Shown: positions 22,443-36,500 of the stretch, in pieces
Position numbering within the stretch: position 1 is the stretch's first letter
Layout: each line of letters starts with the position of its first letter
NCBI GenBank assembly: GCA_030390025.1
Contig: CM059425.1
Coordinates: 172,734,001-172,798,000 of the forward strand
DNA length: 64,000 nucleotides
From: Squalus acanthias
Taxonomy: Eukaryota
Direction of reading: 5' to 3'
The notes under the pieces: generated by a model
The model's input: the letters and a program-made list of their open reading frames with translations, nothing else
Database searches by the model: none
Told to the model about the DNA's origin: nothing
Program-made: the position numbers and the translations under genes

Positions 22443-24688
22443 CACCTGCACCCCCCTCCCCACCCCCCCAACCCCGCTTCGGGACTCCCGATCTTCCTCC
22501 CCCTGCTCAGGTCTCCACGATCTCCCCCGGCTCACGACTCCCGATCTTCCTCCCCGATGTTGCCCGGCTCACAACCCCTGATCCCTCCCTCCCTCCTTTT
22601 CGCTCCTCGGCTGCGGCCTGTTGCCGAAAGCCTACCTGCCCAACAGCTAGCAAGCCTCTCAATCTGGCAGTCTGCGGTTGGGAAATGGAGACAAAAAATG
22701 TTAATCGGGTCCTGCAGTTTTAACATTAGTTCCCTGTAAGCTGCACTTTGTTCTTTTAATGCGCAGTCCTTTAAATTTCGGTGCATGCGCGGCATTTACA
22801 ATGTAAAAGCTGGTGAGCGGTCTGCGCAGGACCTTTCGGTGAAAGACTGGCAAAAATTTGTGGCATTTTCTGTAATATTTTGCTGAGAAACTATGGCTAT
22901 GAATTGGTACTTTGTTGCTACATCTGATAAATTGTTTATACAGTTGTTACAGTGACATGGGAACAGTCTTGTCCCATCTCTGTTCACCATTCACAGAGGC
23001 ACTATCCTTCCCATCCCCTCCAGTTCATGCCAGCACTCTTCTACCATACACCAGTTTATGCTGACATGATTTTTCTCTCCTCTCCTGTCCTCCTTTCCTG
23101 GTTTATACTGGCATTCTTTCCCACCCCACTTCTCTCCTGACACACTCATTTTTTTGTAAAATGCTTTGGGATGTTTCTCTGCATTAAAGATGCTATATAA
23201 ATGCCAGTTGTCCGTTCCCGCCCCCGCCCCCCTGGCCTTCCTGAAGTTCAGACTACACTGTTACTCGGTTCTCTAACATCTGCGCGCCCCCCACCCCCCC
23301 CCCCCCCCACCCCCCAGTTCATGTCTTTTCCATTTCTCTTCACTTCCCAGGTCACACTGACACTGTTCTTCCCTCATCTCACCCAATAACTTAATGGGAA
23401 AGTTGCAGTGCCTAGTATGATGCTGACCCATACAGTCTCAGGTTGTGCTGAATTAGTTGATCTCAGCAGGATGACAGTTCAGCACCCCTGGGCTAGAGGG
23501 GGAAGATCAGCTCGGGTTCCTGCTGTTGATTGCTAACCAATGACCCCCTGCCGGAAAGTGCAAATGTGAACATCAGGTGAGGAAAGGTTTGGGTTTGGTT
23601 GTGTTTTTACTACCTTCCAGGCTCCTGTCACCAGCAAATAACCTGCCGACTCTCTGCCTAGGTTCACACATGAAGAATGGGTATTTGGATGAATACTGGA
23701 GGACGCCAATGCCATTTTCTTTTTTTTTTTTTAGAAGTACCCCATAATGAAAGTTGGAGGATAAATCTTGGATTTCCTCCACAGATTTATGCTTGAGTAT
23801 AAAGTTTTGTACATCAGCTCAGTAACACATATAACCAGCATAAAATGCTGCAGCTCATACCAGTTTTAAAACCATCCCATCTGATATAAATAAAGTACTA
23901 CACAAATGAAGTGCTCCTACACTCTGTCACAATAAGAATAATAGATTATGCTTTTGGGAGGCAGGACTGTTACAGCTTGTCTTGTACTCAGAAAGCAGCC
24001 TGTTCTCACCTAAGAAATTCTGCCTGTACTACTGAAAGACGCATTGTGATTGAATACATCACTGCAGACCAGAGACCGTAATTCTCACTGAATTATTTAC
24101 ACAAAAGTCTAAATTCTTTATTTGAAAGTTAACCATGTAAAACCTTTGTCACCCTAACAGTTTTCCATCCAACCTGTAATAACTCAGCTTTGATCCTTAG
24201 GTTACCTTAGATTATAAATTTGTGTAAGGCAATTAAATTTTATTAAACACCAAATAAACAGCTCATTTTAAAACTCCTTATTACCGAAAATTGAATTTTT
24301 CCATAATGTATAGACTACTGGTGATACACTACACTATTGTTACAGTTCATCCATTAATATATATACTCTCTTCACAGGTATAAAGTTTAAACTATATTTG
24401 ATAATTCAACATCTTTGATTTAAAAAGAAATACCCTCCCAATAGCTAATACTCAGTGAAACTAAAAAAAATTTGTTCCAAGAGACATTGTAATAACTACT
24501 TCTTGTACTTTAAGATTACTCGGGTGATCAGATAAAGCTGAAAATCAAAAGCTTTGGCCCATATTTAAAGAAAATAAATAGACATTAATCCATCTATACA
24601 GTGAAAGTTAAAAAAGTAGAGGTTTCTTTTAAGGTTGCTGCATTTATTCACTGAATGGATGTTTAGTAGTTTGATATTCTGTTTCTAG

Positions 24689-24885
24689 GCTCAGTTTGGA
24701 ACATTGTCAGATTACTTTGATGCTATCCATAAAACTGCTGGTTCAGGAAATTCACCATCACCATTTCCTGTCTTGAGTGGGGACTTCTTTACCTACGCAG
24801 ACAGAGATGACCATTACTGGAGTGGATATTTTACCTCCCGACCCTTCTATAAGCGACTGGACAGAGTTTTAGAATCGCATCTGAG
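24689..24885 (+). CDS. MAN2A1: Alpha-mannosidase II coding exon (~exon 9), 197 bp
   Basis: ttctag|GCTCAG...CTGAG|gtaaat; [12 protein letters not shown]...[40 protein letters not shown]. Confidence 0.96.
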
Positions 24886-26406
24886 GTAAATACATCAAAA
24901 GTTTGTGCATTAGTTCTGATATCTTGTGTATTTGTAATCAGTGCTGATTTTGTTATTTTGTACTCTAGCCTCATTGACAATGTGAATGAAATAGTGAAAA
25001 GCATTTAATACTCATCTTTTTACTTTCTATATGAACCATGGGGTTAATAATTATCACAAGTGTTCTTTAAATAACTGCATGGCTAACTTTTTAATAAATA
25101 AATATGGGACCTAAAGTTCTTGACACATTTTCCCCAGTTAGAGAAGCTACTGCAGATCAGAGTCTAATCAGTACACTTGTTGCAAAGTGCTCATCTGAAC
25201 ACTCTCCTAACCACCACTCAACTCTCATGCACAGGGCGAATGGGATTTCTGGAATTCCTTTCCAGTTATTCACTGATGTATGACCCAGCCTCTTGGGTAA
25301 GCCTGTATCGACCTTGATTTTTACCCGATGGCTTGGAAATTGCTTCATTTCCACCTGTGTGGTCCTTGGTTTTAGCTAAAGCAATCACTTCCACTTGTGC
25401 CATCTTTAACTATGTTGGGGGGTGGGGGCCTTTCCTTAACAACTGTTTCCCAGGTGATTATTTCATGTCTAGTGTGTGCAGTCCTTGCCACTGTCACTAG
25501 ATTAAAATACGAGTGCTATACAGGGACTAGTTAGAGAGATATGACTGACTGACATACAAGCTCCTTATTGTTGGCTACCTTTCTCTCTCCTTAGTGCCAT
25601 CCTTTGGCTGGGTACTGTCGCACCAGGTTCTTAGAGATTTTGTATACTTTAAGCAGCATCTTTTAATACCATTATGAAGAACTTTGCCTTTTGATAAAGC
25701 ATTGAACATAATTCTCTGGGCACTGGTTGTTGCAGTTTTAGCAGTAAACATGCACGTGAGATATATAAAAAGTTGGGTAGAGTCAAGTTTTATCTATATT
25801 GTCCTAGCAATGTACTTTAACCACAGTGTCAGAAGAGCACCTCTTCTGCACAGAGTAGCATTTATGTTTCCCATTCAAGCCACGCTAAGTTGGTGTAAAA
25901 TTGTGGCAGTTTTGTGCTGTGGACTTGTATAGTATTGTAAATGATTGTGATTTTGTTGTAGCATGCTATATTGAAGGGCAAGTGATTGAATCTATTTTTT
26001 AATCCTTTTATCTTTATATATTGTTAAACTTGCTTTGTTTGTCTATTTATCTAGCTTTTCATCTATCAAAGTTTTTCATCCGGCATATTGCTAAGACGGG
26101 GAAAGTGTTTAACTTATCCTTAGGATGTAAAGTATACCGTTTTGATTGAATTTTCTATTTAGTACTTTTCATTAAAAAAAATCCCATCCCTTTAAAAGAA
26201 ACAGTAAAAATAATTATCAAACAGAATTTGACACCGAGCCACATAAGGAGATATTAAGTCAGCTGACCAAAAGCTTCGTCAAAGAGGTAGGATTAAAGGA
26301 GCGTATTAAAGGAGGGTAGAGAGGTGAAGAGCTTTAGGGAGGAAATTCCAGATCTTGGGGCCCAGGCAGCTAAAAGCACAGCTGCCAATGGTGGAGCAAT
26401 TAATAT

Positions 26407-26556
26407 AATAGCAAAATACTGCAGATGCTGGAAATCTGAAATAACAACAGAAAGTGCTGGAAACACTCGGCAGGTCAGGCAGCATCGAGGAGAGAGAAAC
26501 AGAGTCAACTTTTCGGGTCGAACCCTTCGTCAGAACTGGAAAAGGTTAGGGAGGAA
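26407..26556 (-). mobile_element. Penelope-like terminal repeat relic with decayed hammerhead core
   Basis: TSD CAATTAATAT (26397-26406, 26557-26566); minus strand CTGACGA-A-GGG-TTCGA-CCC-GAAA. Confidence 0.65.
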
Positions 26557-26974
26557 CAATTAATATCTGGGCTGTGTAAGAGCCCAGAATTGGAGGAGCA
26601 CAGAGATCTAGGAGGGTTGTAGGGCTGGAGGAGGTTACAGAGATAGGGAGGGGAAAAGCCGTGGAGGGATTTGAAAACAAGGATGAGAATTTTAAAGTCG
26701 CGGTGTTGCTGAACCGGGAATAAATGTAGGTCAGTGAGCACAGGGTTTATTGGTGAATGGGACTTAATGCGAGTTAGGATATGGGCAGCAGAGTTTTCAA
26801 TGAGCTCAAGTTTACAGAGGGTGCAAGATGGGAGGCCAGCCAGGACAGTGTTGGAATAATCAAGTCTAGAGGTAACAAAGGCACGGATGAGGGTTTCAGC
26901 AACAGATGAGCTTAGGCAGAGACGGAGATGGGCGATGTTACGGAGCTGGAAGTAGGTGGTCTTGGTGATGGAAC

Positions 26975-27265
26975 AGATCGTAGAAATTTACAGCACAGAA
27001 GGAGGCCATTCGGCCCATCGTGTCTGCCAGCTGAAAAAGAGCTCTCCAGCCTAATCCCACTTTCCAGCACTTGGTCCGTAGCTCTTAGGTTACGGCACTT
27101 CAAGTGCATATCTAAGTACGTTTTAAATGCGATGAGGGTTTCTGCCTCTACCACCCTTTCAGGTGGTGAGTTCCAGACCCCCACCACCCTTTGGGTGAAA
27201 AAGTTCTCCACAACACCCCTCTAATCCTTTTACCAATTACTTTAAATCTGCGCCCCCGGTTATTG
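26975..27265 (-). mobile_element. CR1 3' fragment
   Basis: NFFTQRVVGVWNS..VVEAETL..FK plus CR1 tail. Confidence 0.8.
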
Positions 27266-27502
27266 ATTTTTATGGGGTCGGAGGCTCATCTCGATCAAAC
27301 AGGTAGCTAAGGTTGAGAACGGTCTTGTTCAGCTTCAGACAGAGGCCATAGAGAGGGATGGAGTCGGTGGCTAGGGAACTGAGTTTGTGGCGAGGACCGA
27401 AGACAATGGCTGCTGTCTTCCCAATGTTTAGTGGGAGGAAATTTCTGCTCATTCAGTACTGGATGTCGGACAAGCAGTGTGACCAATCAGAGGCAGTGGA
27501 GG

Positions 27503-29991
27503 TTTATTTTATTAGTTTATGGGATGTGGGCGTCGCTGGCAAGGCCAGCATTTATTGCCCATCCCTAATTGCCTTTGAGAAGGTGGTGGTGAGCTGCCTT
27601 CTTGAACCGCTGCAGTCCTTGTGGTGAAGGTACTCCCACAGGGCTGTTAGGTAGGGTGTTCCAGGATTTTGACCCAGCGACGATGAAGGATCGGCGATAT
27701 ACTTCTAAGTCAGGATGGTGTGTGACTTGGAGGGGGTGGTGTTCCCATGCGCCTGTTGTCCTTCGAGGTGGAAGAGGTCGCGGGTTTGGGAGGTGCTGCC
27801 GAAGAAGCCTTGGCGAGTTGCTGCAGTGCATCTTGTAGATGGTACACACTGCAGCCACGGTACACCAGTGGTAGAGGGAATGAATGTTTAAGGTGGTGGA
27901 TGGGGTGCCAATCAAGCGGGCTGCTTTGTCCTGGATGGTGTCGAACTTCTTGAGTGTTGTTGGAGCTGCACTCATCCAGGCAAGTGGAGAGTATTCCATC
28001 ACACTCCTTATTTGTGCCTTGTAGATGGTGGAAAGGCTTTGGGGAGTCAGGAGGAGAGACACTCGCCGCAGAATACCTAGCCTCTGACCTCTTGTTGCCA
28101 CAGTATTTATGTGGCTGATCCAGTTAAGTTTCTGGTCAATGGTGACCCTCCCCAGGATGTTGATGGTGGTGGATTCGGTGATGGTAATGCAGTTGAATGT
28201 CAAGGGGAGGTGGTTAGACTCTCGCATGTTGGAGGTAATCATTGCCTGGCACTTCTGTGGCGCGAATGTTACCTGCCACTTATCAGCCCAAGCCTGAACA
28301 TCTTCCAGGTCTTGTTGCATGCGGGCATGGACTGCTTCATTATCTGAATGGCGCTGAACACTGTGCAGTCATCAGCGAACATCCCCATTTCTGACCTTAT
28401 GTTGGAGGGAAGGTCATTGATAATGAGGCAGCTGAAGATGGTTGGGCCTAGGACACTGCCCTGAGGAACTCCTGGGGCAGTGATGATTGACCTTCAACCA
28501 CCACAACCATCTTCATTTGTGCTAGGTATGACTCCAGCCAGTGGAGCATTTTCCCCCACAATTCTCATTGACTTCAGATTTACTATGGCTCCTTGATGCC
28601 ACACTCGGTCAAATGCTGCCTTGATGTCAAGGGCAGTCACTCTCACCTCACCTCTGGAATTCAGCTCCTTTGTCCATGTTTGGACCAAGGCTGTAATGAG
28701 GTCTGGAGCCGAGTGGTCTTGGCGGAACCCAAACTGGGCATTAGTGAGTAGGTGCCGCTTGATAGCATTGTCGATGACACCTTCCATCACTTTGCTGATA
28801 ATTGAGAGTAGACTGATGGGGCGGTAATTGGCCGGGTTGGATTTGTCCTGCTTTTTGTGGACAGGACATACCTGGGCAGTTTTCCACATTGTCGGGTAGA
28901 TGCCAGTGTTGTAGCTGTACTGGAACAGCTTGGCTAGAGGCGCGGCTAGTTCTGGAGCACAAGTCTTCAGCACGATAGCTGGGATGTTGTCGGGACCCAT
29001 AGCCTTTGCTGTATCCAGTGCGCTCAGCCATTTCTTTATATCACATGGAGTGAATCGAATTGGCTGAAGACTGGCTTCTGTGATGACGGGGACCTCAGGA
29101 GTAGGCCGATATGGATCATCCACTCGGCACTTCTGGCTGAAGATGGTTGCAAACGCTTAAGCCTTGTCTTTTGCACTCATTTGCTGGGCTCCACCATTAT
29201 TGAGGATGGGGATATTCATGGAGCCTCCTCCTCCCCCCGTTAGTTGTTTAATGGTCCACCACCATTCACGACAGGATGTGGCAGGACTTTGATCTGAACC
29301 GTAGATTGTGGGATCGCTTAGCCCTGTCTGTAGCATGCTGCTTCCACTTTTTAGCATGTATGTAGTCCTGTGTTGCAGCTTCCCCAGGTTGGCACCTCAT
29401 TTATTTTAGGTATGCCTGGTGCTGCTCCTGGCATGCTCTTCTACACTCCTTATTGAACTAGGGTTGGTCCCCTGGCTTGATGGTAATGGTTAAGTGAGGG
29501 ATATGCCAGGCCATGAGGTTACAGATTGTGGTGGAATACAATTCTGCTGCTGCTGATGGCCCACAGCGCCTCATGGATGCCCAGTTCTGAGCTGCTAGAT
29601 CTGTTCTGAATCTATTCCATTTAGTACGGTGGTAGTGCCACACGACACAATGGAGGGTGTCCTCAGTATGAGGACGGGACTTTGTCTCCATAATGACTGT
29701 GTGGTGGTCACTGCTACCAATACTGTCATGTACAGATGCATCTGCGACAGGTCAAGTAGGTTTTTCCCCACGTCAGATTTCCTTCCCTAAAGGACATTAG
29801 TGAACCAGATGGGTTTTTACGACAATCCGATAGTTTCATTAGTGATGCTAGCTTTTTATTCCAGATTTATTTAAGTAACTGAATTTAAATTCCCCAGCTG
29901 CCGTGGTGAGATTTGAACTCATGTCTCTGGATCATTAGTCCAGGCCTCTGGATTACTAGCCCAGTGACATTACCACTATGCTACCGTTGCC
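27503..29991 (-). mobile_element. Second tRNA-headed LINE family B (EN region deleted at ~29770)
   Basis: Head with A box TAGCATAGTGG and B box GTTCAAATCTC at 29771-29991, followed by linker, RT and family-B tail; host L2 continues on both sides. Confidence 0.85.
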
Positions 29992-30102
29992 GCAATTGAG
30001 AGAGGTGGTGGTGAGTTGGAGCTGGGTGTCGTCCGCCTACATGTAGAACCTGGCATTGTGTTTTTGGATGATGTTGCCGGGGGCAGCATGTAGATGAGAA
30101 TG

Positions 30103-30690
30103 TTATGCTGGACCTTTATAAAGCCCTGGTTAAGCCACAACTGGAGTATTGCGTCCAGTTCTGGTCACCACACTTTAGGAAGGATGTGAAGGCACTTGAG
30201 AGGGTGCAGAGGAGATTTACCAGAATGGTTCCGGGGATGGGGGATCTTAGCTTTAAGGACAGGTTGGAGAAGCTGGATTTGTTTTCATTAGAGCAAAGGA
30301 AGTTGAGGGGTAATTTGATAGAGGTGTACAAGATTATGACGGGTTTGGATAGGCTAGACGGGGAAAGGCTGTTCCCACTAGTTAATGGTACAAGGACTAG
30401 GGGACACAGATTTAAGGTTTTGGGCAAGAGATACATGGGGGATGTAAGGAAAAACGTTTTTTATGTAACGAGTGGTGAGGACCTGGAATGCGCTGCCGAC
30501 GGAAGTGGTGGAAGCAGAGACACTCAATGTTTTCAAGGAGAGACTGGATAGGCACTTGAGGGAAATAAACTTGCAGGGCTACGGGGATAGAGCGGGGGAA
30601 TGGGACTGATTGGATTGCTCTACAGAGGACCAGCACGGATTCGATGGGCCGAATGGCCTCCTGTGCCGTTATGACTCCTATGACTCTATG
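30103..30690 (+). mobile_element. CR1 3' fragment
   Basis: LYKALVKPQLEYCVQFWSP...; tail ATGACTCCTATGACTCTATG. Confidence 0.85.
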
Positions 30691-33537
30691 AATAGGATGG
30701 GGCCAAGGATAGATCCTTGGGGGACACCAGAGGTAATGGTGTGGGAGCGGGAAGAGAAGCCATTGCAGGTGATTTTTCTGGCTACGAATGGAACTAGGCG
30801 AAGGCAGTCCCACCCAGCTGGACAATGGAGGAGAGGCGTTGGAGGAGGATGAGCAGGGATAGTTTACCACGGTCACCGTGACATAGGATGTCATTTGTAA
30901 TTTGATAATACCATAAAGCAACTGATTAAATCCTGAAATTTTTTTTTAAAATTAAGTTACCATGTTGGTTCTCAGCCACCCCATAATAAAATGTATAAGA
31001 CGTTGTAATCACATAAAAATGAATTACAAATATACCCAGAACCTTGCCTGTCGCATTTTCTAATGTGTCCAACAACTTTCCTCTGTACTCGCCATCCTTC
31101 AGTCGAGGCTCTCCGGCTTTCCACTTCTGCACCAACCAGGACCTTGGGTTCCAATATCTTATTGGGCCATGCTTCATAATGTCCTTCTCTCCCTCCCACC
31201 CCTTGCACGCGTAACCTTTTAAGCCTCTCACATGCACTATTGCGCTCCCCATCATGACGGCCATAACAAGCCTCTTTCCTAGTGCACCTGCTGTCTATGG
31301 CTGTTGTCTCTCCTCTTGTCTGGCTGCTATCTGTCCTCTCAGTATAGGTGCGCTCTCCTAACAGTGTGGTTGTTTGTGTGTTCACAGTATGGCTGCTCTC
31401 TCCTGCTGCTATGGTCATTCTTTCTCCTGCCCTGATCAAATGTGTTGGCTGTAAAGTAACAGCAAGAGTACATTGTAACATTCAGGCTGATTTTTAGATT
31501 ACTCCTAAGCGCTCTTAGATTCTAACCACCACTTACAATCGTTTCTAACCTCAGCACCCCAGTGGCATGTCTGCAGACCTCTGCCTTCCCAAAAACTCCA
31601 AAACCTTAGTCTGCTGAGTGCTCCAAATCCTAGTCCACCCTTGGAGTATACCCAGACTTCATGTCTGAAATCTTCCCCTTTACTTCCTCCCAAGCAATCA
31701 CAGACTCCACATGTGAGCCTTTTTCTCCCCTCTTTCTACACAGTGGCTCAAAGTCCCACTTTCCCTTTCCACTGTGTTCCTGAGGTCAAAGCTCACCAAG
31801 TGCTCCGAAGCATCTGACCCCATCCTGTGTTAGTACTTTCAGGCCCTGGCCTCCCACATGCTAACCCCAGATTGTGTGCCATCTCTTCTTTCCAGGCCTA
31901 ATCTATACCCCTTTTCCCTAGCTGAATCGCTAGATCCGAATATCCCCCTCTGTATTTATTCTTGAACACCCTTTCCACCTGATCCCAGTACCCGCTCTGA
32001 CTCAGCACATGTTGACTTTCATCTTGCTCTGTACCCTGACCTTTTTTTAAAAAAAGTTACAAAATAAAACTTGAGTTCATTGGTAAAGGAACATATGTGA
32101 GAGCCATATAGAAAGACGGAGGCATACAAAAGAAGGAGGGCACACAGTGAGCAAAAAACTTACATAAAGAGTGAAAATGAGAAATGTTCTCATTTTCTCA
32201 TACAACGTAGCAAGTATGTGGGCAATCTGAGATTTCTCGATTACTTCCAAGTATTGTTTTAGTCAAAATGTAGGGGACAAGTCCGAGGAAGTCATGGTCA
32301 AACTGTGTGGTGCTTTGGTCCGATCGCGCCATGAGTCGTGTAAATTTCTGGTCACAGAGACATAAGGGAAACATTCAGGTACTGGGTGCAGTGTGGAGAA
32401 GAGTCATAAGGCTGATTCCTAGTGTCAGACATCCAAGGTATGAGAAAAAAACTGGAGAAACTTGGACTTTTCAGCCTCAATAGGAGGCAACTGAGAGGAA
32501 ATATTTTAGAGGTATATGCAATAGTAAGTAGAATGCAAAAGGTAGATCCTGAAAATTATTTGAAATTAAATTGCGAGAGTAGGATATGTTGAAACTATGA
32601 AAAGGTTCTTTACACAGAGTGATTAACATGGAAGAGAAACAGTAGTGGAAGGCATTCAACAAAGTGCCACACAGGAGGCTTGTTAAGAAGATGGAAGCCC
32701 ATGGAATTAAGGGGAAAGTTGGGGTCAGGATACAAAATTGGCTCAGTGACAGGAAGCAAATGGTGGCGGTGGATGGATGTTTTTCAGACTGTGAGGTGGT
32801 TTGCAGTGGTTTTCCCCAAGCATTAATTTTGGGTCCAATACTCTTCATTTTTTATAAGCGACCTAGACTCAGATGTAGGGAGCAGCATTATAAAGTTTGC
32901 AGATGATACGAAACTTGGCAAAGTAGTAGATAATAATGAGGATAGTTAGAGGCAGGATGGTGAAATGGGCAGAAGCATAGCAGATGGAGTTCAATCGGAG
33001 AAGTGTGAAGTGATGCACTTTGGGAGGACTAATATGGAAAGACAGTATACTATAAATGGCATGATTTTTAAAAGTTTAGATGAGCAGAGACACCTTGGTG
33101 TCCATATGCACAAATCCTTAAAGGTGGCAGGGCAAGTTAATAAGGTGGTTAACAAAGCATATGGGTTACTTGGGTTTATAAATAGAGGAATACAATATAA
33201 AAGCAAAGAGATCATGCTCGAACTCCCACTCCAGAGACTTGAGCACAAAAATCTAGGCTGACACTCCAGTGCAGTACTGAGGGAGTGCTGCACTGTCTGA
33301 GGTGCCGTCTTTTGGATGAGACATTAAACCGGGGCCCCGTCTGCTCTCTCAGGTGGACGTAAAAGATCCCATGGCACTATTTCGAAGAAGAGCAGGGGCG
33401 TTATCCCCGGTGTTATGGCCAATATTTATCCCTCAATCAACATCACTAAAACAGGTTATCTGGTCATTATCACATTGCTGTTTGTTGGAGCTTGCAGTGT
33501 GCAAATTGGCTGCTGCGTTTCCTACATTACAACAGTG

Positions 33538-36500
33538 TCCTGGCGAACCAAATAACTAGGGCAGTCGACAGGGCTTTAAACTAATGAAGGGGGGGGTGGG
33601 AGGATTCAGGAAAGAGTAAATTTAAAAGCAATGAGAGAAATGTCAAGGCTCTAGAGCAGAGTAGAGTTTTGGGTAAAAATAAGCAGAGTGGGTCAGGAAG
33701 GGACAGAGAGAGTAACAAAGGTAATAAGGCATCAGTGACTAAGGTGACATCAGGGAAAAATAGAAATAAGTCAAAGCTAAAGGCACTATATCTGAATGCT
33801 TGAAGCATTCGCAACAAAATAGATGAATTAATAGCGCAGATAGAAATTCACAGGTTTGATCTAATAGCCATAATGGAGACGTGGTTGCAAAGTGGCCAAG
33901 GTTGGGAACTAAATATTCCAGGATACTTCACTTTTAGAAGAGATAGGCAAAATGGAAAAGGAGGAGGGGTAGCCCTGATAATAAAGGATGGGATAAAGAC
34001 AGTAGAGAGAAAGGATCTTAGCTCCGAAAATCAAGAAGTAGAATCAGTTTGGGTGGAGCTAAGAAATAGCAAGGGGCAGAAAACATTGGTGGGAGTTGTT
34101 TTTAGCCCCCCAAACAGTAGTTGTAATGTAGGGCAGAGTATAAATCAGAAAATTAGAGGCTCCTGTAACAAGGGTAATACAGTAATCATGGGGGACTTTA
34201 ATCTCCATATAGATTGGGCAAACCAAATTTGCAGTAATAGTGTGGAGGACGAATTCATGGAATGTATGCAAGATAGTTTTCTAGATCAGTATGTTGAGGA
34301 ACCAACTAGGGAACAGGCTATTTTAGATCTAGTATTATGCAATGAGGAAAAAATTGATTACCTTGTAGTAAAGGGGCCTTTAGGGAAGAGTGACCATAAT
34401 ATGATAGAATTTTATATTGAGTTCGAAAGTGATTTAGTTATATCCGAATTTAGGGTCTTAAATCTAAACAAAGTAAACTACGTAGGTATGAGGGGCGAGT
34501 TGGCTAAGACAGATTGGGAAACTACATTAAAAGGTATGACAGTAGACAAGCAATGGCTAGCATTTAAAGAATTAATACATAATTTACAACTAATATACAT
34601 TCCTTTAAGGCACAAAAACCCCACAGCAAAAGTGGTCCAACTGTGGCTAACAAGAGAAGTTAAAGATAGTATTAGATCAAAGGCAAAGGTTTATAATGCT
34701 GCCAAAAAGAGCAGTAAGCCTGAGGATTGGGAGGATTTTAGAATTCAGCAAAGGAGGACCAAGAAATTGATAAAGAAAGGGAAAATTAAATATGAGAGTA
34801 AATTAGCCTGACATAAAAACAGACTGTAAAAGCTTCTATCGGTATGTAAAAAGGAAAAGATTAGCGAAAGTAAATGTGGGTCCCTTACAGGCTGAGACAG
34901 GAGAAATTATAATGGGGAATAAGGAAATGACAGAAATTAAACACATACTTTGCGTCTGTCTTCACGGAAGAAGACGGAAAAAAACTTCCCTGGAATAGTG
35001 GAGAAGCAAGGGTCTAGCGAGAATGAGGAACTGAAAGAAATTAGTATTAGTAAAAAAAATAGTACTGGAGAAATTAATGGGACTGACGGCCGATAAATCC
35101 CCAGGACCTGATGGCCTACATCCTAGGGTTTTGAAAGAAGTGGGTATAGAGATAGTGGATGTATTGGTTGTCATTTTCCAAAATTCAATAGATTCTAGAA
35201 CGGTTGCCGCTGATTGGAAGATTGCAAATGTAACCCCACTATTTAAGAAAGGAGGGAGAGAGAAAACGGGGAACTACAGACCAGTTAGCCTGACATCAGT
35301 AGTACTGTCAACACCTTCACCGAAGCGTACGAGAGCATGGGCCTTACACTAAACATCCAAAAGACAAAGGTCCTCTACCAACCTGCCCCCGCCACACAGT
35401 ACTGCCCCCTGATTATCAAAATCCACGACAAGGCCTTGGACAACGTTGACCACTTTCCATACCTCGGGAGCCTACTGTCAACAAGGGTGGACGTCGATGA
35501 CGAAGTCCAACACCGCCTTCAGTGTGCCAATGCAGCCTTCATTCGCCTGAGGAAGAGAGTGTTTGAAGACCAGGACCTCAAACCCGGCACCAAGCTCATG
35601 GTCTACAGAGCAGTATTGATACCCGCCCTCCTGTATGCCTCAGAGACATGGACCATGTACAGCAGGCACCTCAAAGCACTGGAAAGGTACTACCAACGCT
35701 GCCTCCACAAGATCCTGCAAATCCATTGGCAGGATAGGCGCACCAACGTCAGTGTTCTCGCTCAGGCCAGCATCGAAGCTTTGACCACGCTCGATCAGCT
35801 CCGATGGACGGGTCACATTGTCCGCATGCCCGATACGAGACTCCCAAAACAAGTGCTCTACTCGGAGCTCCGACGCGGCAAGAGAGCCCCTCAATGCCTC
35901 CTTGAAAAAGTGCAACATCCCCACCAACACCTGGGAATCCCTGGCCCAAGACCGCACAAAGTGGAGGAAGGCGCCGAACACCTCGAGTCTCTTCGCCGGG
36001 AGCAAGCGTAAGGAGCGCACGTCAACCCAAGCACCCCACCCACCCCCCAATTCAACCACCGTCTGCCCCACCTCTGACAGAGACTGTAGGTCCCGCATTG
36101 GACTCATCAGTCACCTGAGAACTCATTTTTAATGTGGAAGCAAGTCATCCTCGGTTTCGAGGGACTGCCTGAGAAGAAGAGTATTATTAAGGACGTGGTA
36201 ACAGGGCACTTAAAAAATAATTATAGCATTGGGCAGAGTCAATACGGATTTATGAAAGGGAAATAGTGTTTGACAAATCTGTTAGAAATTTTTGAGGTTG
36301 TAACTAGCAGAATAGATAAGGGGGAACCATTGGATGTGGTGTATTTGGATTTTCAGAAGGCATTCGAAAAGGTGTCACACAAGAGGTTATTAAACAAAAT
36401 TAGGGCTCATGGGATTGGGGGTAATATATTAGCATGGACTGAGGATTGGTTAACGGACCGAAAACAGAGAGTACGAATAAACGGGTCATTTTCGGGATGG

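Larger units (their letters stand above)
21752..22720. mobile_element. Composite GC/C-rich non-autonomous element with nested insertions
   Basis: GGGGGAATTTTAACC start typical of the GG..CC family; contains Penelope-like piece (~21900-21982), poly-C and a hAT-like MITE. Confidence 0.4.
26215..30910 (-). mobile_element. Decayed L2 LINE hosting four insertions
   Basis: FKILILVFKSLHG, LNIGKTAAIVFG, YVDDTQL-like segment after 29992, SGVPQGSILGP at ~30700-30735. Confidence 0.8.

Noticed and set aside
30926..31481. Minus-strand ORFs of 112 and 169 aa as a possible transposase or viral relic
   Set aside because: No motif I can identify with confidence; needs a tBLASTx search
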